Of a stretch of DNA of 64,000 bases, positions 58,060 to 64,000 are shown piece after piece. Position 1 is the stretch's first letter; each line of letters begins with the position of its first letter. A model generated the notes under the pieces. It did not search any database. It saw only the letters and a program-made list of their open reading frames with translations, and was not told the DNA's origin. Source of the stretch: Phycisphaerae bacterium (lineage in GTDB: Bacteria; Planctomycetota; Phycisphaerae; Sedimentisphaerales; Anaerobacaceae); contig DAOWCP010000002.1 of the NCBI GenBank assembly GCA_030639495.1, forward strand, positions 10,156-74,155, given 5' to 3'. The translations under genes and the position numbers were made by a program.

Positions 58060-58998
58060 TTAATAGCTGCTGAACTTTCTCATCCAGTCAGGCCATTTAT
58101 CATATGTAGCCCCGCCAGCATTGGTCCAGGGGCCATTCGTATCAAATTTACGATGCCATTTCAGCTTCCATAATTCTTTTAGCTCGACTTTTCTCGCAGA
58201 TGAATCCATAAATAAATGATTAACAAATCTATCATGTCGATTTATGCAAAAATGACGCATCTCAGCACTATAACCATCATAATCATCTTCATTCACAGGC
58301 GGATTACCCTGCGTGCATTCCTCGGCATAAGGGCCTCCCCCACGCCACATGCAATCACCAAACACCGGAATCCTGCTGGCATTACGTATATTATTAGTCC
58401 TCCAGTTCCACGCTACCGGACGACTTTGTACTGTTACCACTTTTGCTCCGTCTTCATCTTTATCTGGAAAATTGTAAAGCCAGCAATTGGCCCCATAACT
58501 GCAATCCTCACCTTCAGCCTCCCCCACCTCAGCAGGCATTAAATAAGTTTTATATTTGTCTTTTGCATATTTTTCGTCATCTGGATGTCCTTCTCTTTTG
58601 GTAGCCATCGGACATCGCATAATTTCCTCTTTCGTATTGTATAAAGACCTTAAAGGAAGTATCCATGTACCTCGTATCCAGCCTTCCTCTAAAGTGCCAC
58701 TTGGAAAATAAGAATCGTTATCCTGGGTGTACATTTGCCAGATAAGCCCCCACTGATGTAAATTTACCAGGCATTTAACAGCCCGGCTTTGCCTTCTGAC
58801 TTTAGATAACGTAGGCATTAATATCGCCATCAACAACGATATTATAGATATGACCACAAGCAACTCAACCAAAGTAAAAGCCCTTGATTTGATCTTGCTA
58901 ATATATTTTAATGTAATAATCATAAAGTACCCAAAACCCCAAAATACTAACAAACACAAATATACAATCAGTATATCACATTTTCTGATTAAACACAA
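58060..58998 (-). CDS. prepilin-type N-terminal cleavage/methylation-domain protein with a DUF1559 (H-X9-DG) domain
   Basis: Type IV pilin-like leader and helix KSRAFTLVELLVVISIISLLMAILMPTL. This is typical of PVC-group genomes. The real start probably lies downstream of the ORF-track start. Confidence 0.8.
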   Translation of the reverse strand: MCLIRKCDILIVYLCLLVFWGFGYFMIITLKYISKIKSRAFTLVELLVVISIISLLMAILMPTLSKVRRQSRAVKCLVNLHQWGLIWQMYTQDNDSYFPSGTLEEGWIRGTWILPLRSLYNTKEEIMRCPMATKREGHPDDEKYAKDKYKTYLMPAEVGEAEGEDCSYGANCWLYNFPDKDEDGAKVVTVQSRPVAWNWRTNNIRNASRIPVFGDCMWRGGGPYAEECTQGNPPVNEDDYDGYSAEMRHFCINRHDRFVNHLFMDSSARKVELKELWKLKWHRKFDTNGPWTNAGGATYDKWPDWMRKFSSY

Positions 58999-59053
58999 TT
59001 GCCCTTTAACAAAAAGGTTTAGCCCTGCGCAGCCTTAGACAGCTCAAATTTTT

Positions 59054-60604
59054 TTATTCCGCAGAATCGTAGCGTTGATGTTTAGTTTGAGTTGGCGTTG
59101 CCATCGTGACAGGAAGATCAACTTTTATCCTGTTTGCGGAACGAATAACCCTGCCGAGTTTTTCACCCGTCAGCTTCACGGCATTTGTCGTAAATTCAGG
59201 AACCGTAAAACCATCCCTGCATGTGTCAAAATATTTCGGATCTTTCACAGGCAGCAAAAAAGGCTTTGACACATTGCCCTGACCATCAAGATAAGATATA
59301 TATGTTCGAGTAAATGTTCCGTTGCGTCTCTTACTGCTGAAAACTATCCAGCTGTTATTGCTTGAAAAGCTATGCCACGATTCACTTTGCTTACTATTGA
59401 TCTTTAGCTGTCGAGGTTTAATATTTTCAGCGCTAAGATCAGCGATCCACAAATCACTCGATGGACTATGTGATGGGAAGCAGCCGTAATCGGTCATGCA
59501 GAAAAGAAGCCATCTACCATCAGGGCTGATACGAGGCAGAAGATTGCTCTTGCCCGTCAATGATGCAGCAATTACGGTTTCAACGTGGCCCCACTTGTCA
59601 CTGTCAATATCATAAGAAACGCGAACAATATCGTATTTCATTTCTTTATAACGAGGAGGAGGCAATTGTTTTTCGTCGTGCCAGAGCATTGGCGCAGAAC
59701 AGAAGTAAAGATATTTGCCATCAGGTGAAAAACACGGATAAGTTTCCTGCCTGTCTTTGCTGGAAATAACATCAGCGGTTTTGACCTTTCTTTCACGCCG
59801 AACATAGTAGGCGAGCATAGAATCAAGGTCGAAAACTTCACGGAACTCTTTGCCCGCGGTGTTCACAAACTGCACAACTTTATTAACAGAATAAACGACA
59901 AGTTTTTTTGATGGATGCCAACTGTTATAACCTATTTTCAAATCAACATTTTGCACCTCGTCACCATCTATAAACAAAGTACTGTCGCCAATATTTCTGC
60001 TTCTGATTCCTATTGACATAACTCGGCTATCACCTCCGGCGAAGTTATGGCAATTGAGACAGCCGCCATAATAATAAGCATTAGTCAGTATCAATTTTTC
60101 GCTATAATTTGTAAGATTTCGCTGATAGATACCAATTGACGTATCAATATATATTCTTACCGGAGGCATTCGCCTGTAGGTCAGATAGTTATCTATAGGC
60201 TTGTCTGCTATCTTATTTGTTATCGATTTATATTTATGCCATCGGCCATTACTTAACGTGAACACCTCAAAATTAATCTTTTTGCCTTTATTAGCTGCCA
60301 GTAAAGATTTCCATTTTTTTATCGGGATTACGACATCGCCATTTTTGCAATAGACATTAAAGCTGTCACTTGATATAGAAACCTTAACAAAATAGTTATC
60401 TGCCTTTTCTTTTATGGTAAAATTTAGCGGAGCAATATTAAAAGGCACAACTGTATTATAGTAATCCGGGCTTATCTTCGGCATTCGATCAAGCAAAGTG
60501 GGATTTGTCGGCTCAGCCTTACCCATAAAGGATAAAGCCCCGCTTAAAGCCGTAAAAGCAATAACGACCATCGCAAATATAATTATCATTTTTTTCTTGA
60601 TCAT
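59054..60604 (-). CDS. secreted hypothetical protein with TolB-like PD40 beta-propeller repeats
   Basis: Signal peptide. Repeated motifs SPDGKYLYFCS and SPDGRWLLFCM. Confidence 0.5.
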   Translation of the reverse strand: MIKKKMIIIFAMVVIAFTALSGALSFMGKAEPTNPTLLDRMPKISPDYYNTVVPFNIAPLNFTIKEKADNYFVKVSISSDSFNVYCKNGDVVIPIKKWKSLLAANKGKKINFEVFTLSNGRWHKYKSITNKIADKPIDNYLTYRRMPPVRIYIDTSIGIYQRNLTNYSEKLILTNAYYYGGCLNCHNFAGGDSRVMSIGIRSRNIGDSTLFIDGDEVQNVDLKIGYNSWHPSKKLVVYSVNKVVQFVNTAGKEFREVFDLDSMLAYYVRRERKVKTADVISSKDRQETYPCFSPDGKYLYFCSAPMLWHDEKQLPPPRYKEMKYDIVRVSYDIDSDKWGHVETVIAASLTGKSNLLPRISPDGRWLLFCMTDYGCFPSHSPSSDLWIADLSAENIKPRQLKINSKQSESWHSFSSNNSWIVFSSKRRNGTFTRTYISYLDGQGNVSKPFLLPVKDPKYFDTCRDGFTVPEFTTNAVKLTGEKLGRVIRSANRIKVDLPVTMATPTQTKHQRYDSAE

Positions 60605-62490
60605 TTAGCGCCTGAAAATCCATACATGCAATAAAAGTAATATGTCTTGCCAAAATCTTTCGCCAGCTCCCACACCGCCGGCTCTCTCTTATTATACTTA
60701 CTGAAAATAGTCATATAATTCTGATAAAATATAAACTGCTCCTGTGAGATGGGATATTTTTTTATTTTCTTGTCTCTGTCTGCCCTATTGGAATAATAAG
60801 TTACTATTGCCTGCTGCCAAAGAGGAGGCAACACTTTATAGTTAAAATTCCCAATGTACTCATCAAAAGTATCTACAAATTTCTGAAGATTATTCATAAG
60901 CATATAAAAACTCAGCAGATACTCAAAAGCCATCCTGTTGCCAGACCTCTTCTTCAACAGCTCAATTATCATTTCCTCGCTCAAAGCAGGATTGCGCTCA
61001 AGAAAGAAAGACGCATAAGCCTTACTTGCTGAATCATCCAGCATCATACCTCGCAGATATCTTATATCTCCCAAATTGCTCAACGTCGGATCCGTCTCGA
61101 TCTTCTTTAAATAATGACTCGCCCATTCGTTATAAAAAAATAACTTTTTCAATCGCTTAAGATAAATAACTGCATTGGGCAGATTATCTTTGGCCATATA
61201 TATCAGCACGAGCCTCTGATAAATCGCAGGTCTCTCGCCCACAACTTCCAAAGCCTCCAGCAACTGATGCTCTGCCATATTCAAAAGCCCCATATCCATA
61301 TAAATATCCGCACGCCTTGAATAAGCAAACCTTGCCTTCATAGACAAAAACAAAGTGCGAGGGTTTTGCGGATATAAGAACAGGTCATAGCCCATCCGGT
61401 TAAGATTACAAAGAGCAAGATTCGCGGAAGTTATAACATAATTATTAGCATTGTAGCCAAGAAAGTTACGACCTGGGGACCCGACATATTCATTTACATA
61501 ATCTATCAGCTGCTCCCACTTTTTTTCAGCTGCATAATAATCAGTTCTGAAAACAGCCTGCATTATTTTATCATGATAACCAAGGCAAAGCCCCGCGGTT
61601 GTGCAAATCACAATAAGATTGCCCACAACAAAACCAGCAACTTTTAATCTCATACTGCCCGCAAAGCCAGTCGCTGTTTTTCTAAAAGCGCCTCTTAAAA
61701 AACCTGTAAATATTAACGCAACTGGTAAGACAAATAAAATATACAGGGGAATCAATGTTAAAGGCCGGGGTTCAAACACTTGTATATTGGGCGTAAAACC
61801 CAACAGACCAGAATAAGCAATTAAAATGTTCTGATTCAAAATTACGCAACTTAGAACATAAGGCAGCAGCAATCCTGTTAATAATAAAACCGCACTATCT
61901 CGCCAGGATTTCCTTATAAGCAATTCATAAATGCCGGCAACCAGAGCAAAAATTATCCCCCCGCCCTGGCAAAGCCAATAAGCAGCAATACAGAAAAATA
62001 CAACTAATAAAACTTTTCTCACACCGACGACATCTGAAAATCTCAAATAAATACATATTAAAAGCAGTGTCAGCACTATCGCCAATTGCTCGTTAAAGAA
62101 AAACGTGTATCGCAGGTAAAGACAAAGCAAAACCACCGGAGCGGTAAACCTTAGAAAATTGAACCCCGAGTTAGTTTTCCTAATAACATACAACAACTGC
62201 CTGCACATCACAAAACCAAGCAATGCTATTATCAACGAACCCAACCAGTTCAAATAGAAAAATTGTGCGAGAAAAGAAGAAGCAAACCTGACCAATCCTC
62301 CCGGCGAAAACGCAAATTTATTAAATGTCTCCATCCCCTGAAAAAACGCGGGCCCAGATGTTATCGCCCCGCCGCCATGATAAATAACACGCATATTAAT
62401 TACATAGAAAAGATAAAGGAATAGGAACAAAGCGAATAGTAAATCCGCTATTATCAGCCGGAATCCGTCTGTTTTAACGTTTTTTTTCAT
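60601..62490 (-). CDS. polytopic membrane protein with a C-terminal TPR-like soluble domain
   Basis: About 10 predicted TM helices in the first ~330 aa. The remainder is alpha-helical and TPR-like. No catalytic motifs recognised. Confidence 0.4.
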   Translation of the reverse strand: MKKNVKTDGFRLIIADLLFALFLFLYLFYVINMRVIYHGGGAITSGPAFFQGMETFNKFAFSPGGLVRFASSFLAQFFYLNWLGSLIIALLGFVMCRQLLYVIRKTNSGFNFLRFTAPVVLLCLYLRYTFFFNEQLAIVLTLLLICIYLRFSDVVGVRKVLLVVFFCIAAYWLCQGGGIIFALVAGIYELLIRKSWRDSAVLLLTGLLLPYVLSCVILNQNILIAYSGLLGFTPNIQVFEPRPLTLIPLYILFVLPVALIFTGFLRGAFRKTATGFAGSMRLKVAGFVVGNLIVICTTAGLCLGYHDKIMQAVFRTDYYAAEKKWEQLIDYVNEYVGSPGRNFLGYNANNYVITSANLALCNLNRMGYDLFLYPQNPRTLFLSMKARFAYSRRADIYMDMGLLNMAEHQLLEALEVVGERPAIYQRLVLIYMAKDNLPNAVIYLKRLKKLFFYNEWASHYLKKIETDPTLSNLGDIRYLRGMMLDDSASKAYASFFLERNPALSEEMIIELLKKRSGNRMAFEYLLSFYMLMNNLQKFVDTFDEYIGNFNYKVLPPLWQQAIVTYYSNRADRDKKIKKYPISQEQFIFYQNYMTIFSKYNKREPAVWELAKDFGKTYYFYCMYGFSGAK

Positions 62491-62575
62491 TGAAACCCAT
62501 CCTGAATCTTTTTACTAATACCAACAAAGATTATATCAAAACCTGTCAGTTATAGAAACACTTTATGCGATTTAT

Positions 62576-62604
62576 TTGCAATACAAAAACAATTGTGGTA
62601 TAAT
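62576..62604 (+). promoter_or_regulatory. near-consensus sigma70 promoter TTGCAA-N17-(TG)G-TATAAT for the PqaA-like gene
   Basis: -35 TTGCAA at 62576-62581, a 17-nt spacer ending in TGG (extended -10-like), and -10 TATAAT at 62599-62604. GAGGG Shine-Dalgarno ~8 nt before the ATG at 62630. Confidence 0.6.
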
Positions 62605-62629
62605 CAACGATTTGCAGAGGGTTAAATTG

Positions 62630-64000
62630 ATGAAAAAGAAAATAGCAGTAATACTAATTCTGATTAGCTTGTTTTCGGCCATATCACTTGCAAATGCTCT
62701 TGACGATTACGTTTACAATGATGACGGCAACTACAGCTACAGCCTGCATTCGACAAAGAACCAGTACATCTATATGTACTATGTTCTAAACATGACATCC
62801 CAGAAATGGTTAACAACTGCCGAAGTAAACAAAACTTTATGGCAGCACTGGGTGCACGTTATCATCCCTTCATCTGTCACTACAGATAAAGCGTTGCTTT
62901 TTATCTCAGGCGGAAGCAATTCTTTGACCCCTGAAAGTGATGTGGAAACTTTGCTTGCATATGTAGCAACCCAGACTAACTCTGTTGTCGCGTATCTTGA
63001 GACTGTGCCGAATCAGCCCTTGACTTTTACCGATGAAAGCGAGAGCAGGGTTGAAGATGAAATAATCGCTTATTCATGGGATAAATTCTTAACGACACTC
63101 GACCCGAACTGGATCGCTCAGCTTCCGATGACCAAAGCAGCGGTAAAAGCAATGGATACCATCGAAAATTTCTGTACAACAAAAGGCAAAACCATAAATG
63201 ACTTTGTAGTGGCTGGCGCATCTAAAAGAGGCTGGGCAACCTGGCTCACTGCCGCTGTTGACACAAGAGTCGTTGCCTGCCTGCCGATAGTGATCGATAT
63301 GCTTAATATGGAGTTATCTTTCAGACACCATTTTGCGGCCTATGGATTCTGGGCACCAGCAATACATGACTATGAAGATATGAATATTTTCGACAGACTC
63401 GACACAGAAGAAATGCAGCAACTGGAACAAATCATTGATCCTTATGCATATAAAGATCGCCTTACAATGCCCAAGCTGATGCTATACTCCTCCGGCGACG
63501 ATTTCTTTTTGCCGGACTCATCGCAATTCTATTTTGATGACCTGCCCGGACAAAAATACCTTCGATATGTACCGAACACAAATCATGGCATGGGCGATCT
63601 GGATGGCTACAGCGAAGCTTTTGCAAACCTGTTTACTTTTTACCAGGCAATATTAGCCGGCTCTGCGCTGCCTCAGTTCAGCTTCACTGCCGACAGCAAC
63701 GCAATCACGGTACAGACCATAACCATACCGTCAGCAGTAAAATTGTGGCAAGCATACAACGCTACAGACAGAGACTTTAGAATGTCAACCATCGGTCAAA
63801 CATGGACATCGACTACGCTGACAGACCAGGGAGGCGGAACTTATATCGCTGCCCTGACTGAACCAGCAACCGGATACAAAGCGTATTTCGTCGAGCTGGA
63901 ATTTGCGAGCGGCTTTTCATCACCTCACAAATTTACAACATCAATTTATGTCGCCCCTGACTATCTGCCTTACGAATGCGACTTCAACTTTGACAACCTG
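62630..64000 (+). CDS. PhoPQ-activated pathogenicity-related (PqaA-type) alpha/beta-hydrolase family protein; the 3' end lies beyond the window
   Basis: Signal peptide MKKKIAVILILISLFSAISLANA. GASKRGW motif typical of the PhoPQ_related family. The frame is open to the end of the window. It is absent from the ORF track because no stop codon falls inside the window. Confidence 0.55.
   Translation, partial: MKKKIAVILILISLFSAISLANALDDYVYNDDGNYSYSLHSTKNQYIYMYYVLNMTSQKWLTTAEVNKTLWQHWVHVIIPSSVTTDKALLFISGGSNSLTPESDVETLLAYVATQTNSVVAYLETVPNQPLTFTDESESRVEDEIIAYSWDKFLTTLDPNWIAQLPMTKAAVKAMDTIENFCTTKGKTINDFVVAGASKRGWATWLTAAVDTRVVACLPIVIDMLNMELSFRHHFAAYGFWAPAIHDYEDMNIFDRLDTEEMQQLEQIIDPYAYKDRLTMPKLMLYSSGDDFFLPDSSQFYFDDLPGQKYLRYVPNTNHGMGDLDGYSEAFANLFTFYQAILAGSALPQFSFTADSNAITVQTITIPSAVKLWQAYNATDRDFRMSTIGQTWTSTTLTDQGGGTYIAALTEPATGYKAYFVELEFASGFSSPHKFTTSIYVAPDYLPYECDFNFDNL

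Overview
Chromosomal window from what is probably a PVC-superphylum bacterium (Planctomycetota, Kiritimatiellota or Lentisphaerota-like), moderately AT-rich and dense in genes. The taxon guess rests on a DUF1559 prepilin-like protein, TAT-exported sulfatases and many membrane-anchored PQQ-type beta-propellers. Genes are mostly tightly spaced; Shine-Dalgarno sequences were not checked systematically. Layout from start to end: (1) infB (5' end lies upstream of the window), rbfA, a protein with a histone-H1-like lysine/alanine-rich tail, and hisG. (2) A small envelope group on the minus strand: a secreted hypothetical protein, an HtrA-like S1C protease and a lipoprotein with four EF-hands. The last two carry the same ~30-nt motif upstream. 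(3) A 1.5-kb non-coding region (7783-9278) holding about 400 bp of strictly 10-bp-periodic T-tracts and A-tracts, DnaA-box-like GTGGATT motifs, and a GC-richer stretch with a dockerin-like gene remnant. (4) A roughly 25.7-kb run of 18 co-directional genes with overlapping or abutting boundaries (9279-34994). It combines five membrane-anchored PQQ-type propellers plus one NHL propeller, an FtsE/FtsX-type ABC transporter with a 1104-aa two-FtsX-domain permease, a NapG/NapH-like transmembrane iron-sulfur module, a NuoE-NuoF-like flavoprotein and a 2Fe-2S/GltD-like oxidoreductase. It ends in an isoprenoid block: ferredoxin, B12-radical-SAM enzyme, polyprenyl synthase fused to a cysteine-motif domain, a prenyltransferase-repeat alpha/alpha-toroid protein and a squalene-hopene-cyclase-like class II terpene cyclase. 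tRNA-Tyr follows directly. I could not match this composite locus to any described system and rank it the top candidate for novelty. (5) A sugar and sulfatase cluster: URO-D-like protein, L-fucose-isomerase-like protein, secreted DUF2961/GH172-like protein, phosphofructokinase, RhaT-like symporter, a large protein with an FGE domain, an arylsulfatase with a TAT signal, and a thioredoxin-like protein. (6) Housekeeping genes accA, tyrA, purL, purQ, a tRNA with anticodon CAT, a DAACS symporter, flotillin, a DUF1559 prepilin-like protein, a PD40 propeller, a TPR membrane protein, and a PhoPQ-related (PqaA-like) hydrolase that runs off the window end. All calls come from reading the sequence and motifs by eye. 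No database searches were run.
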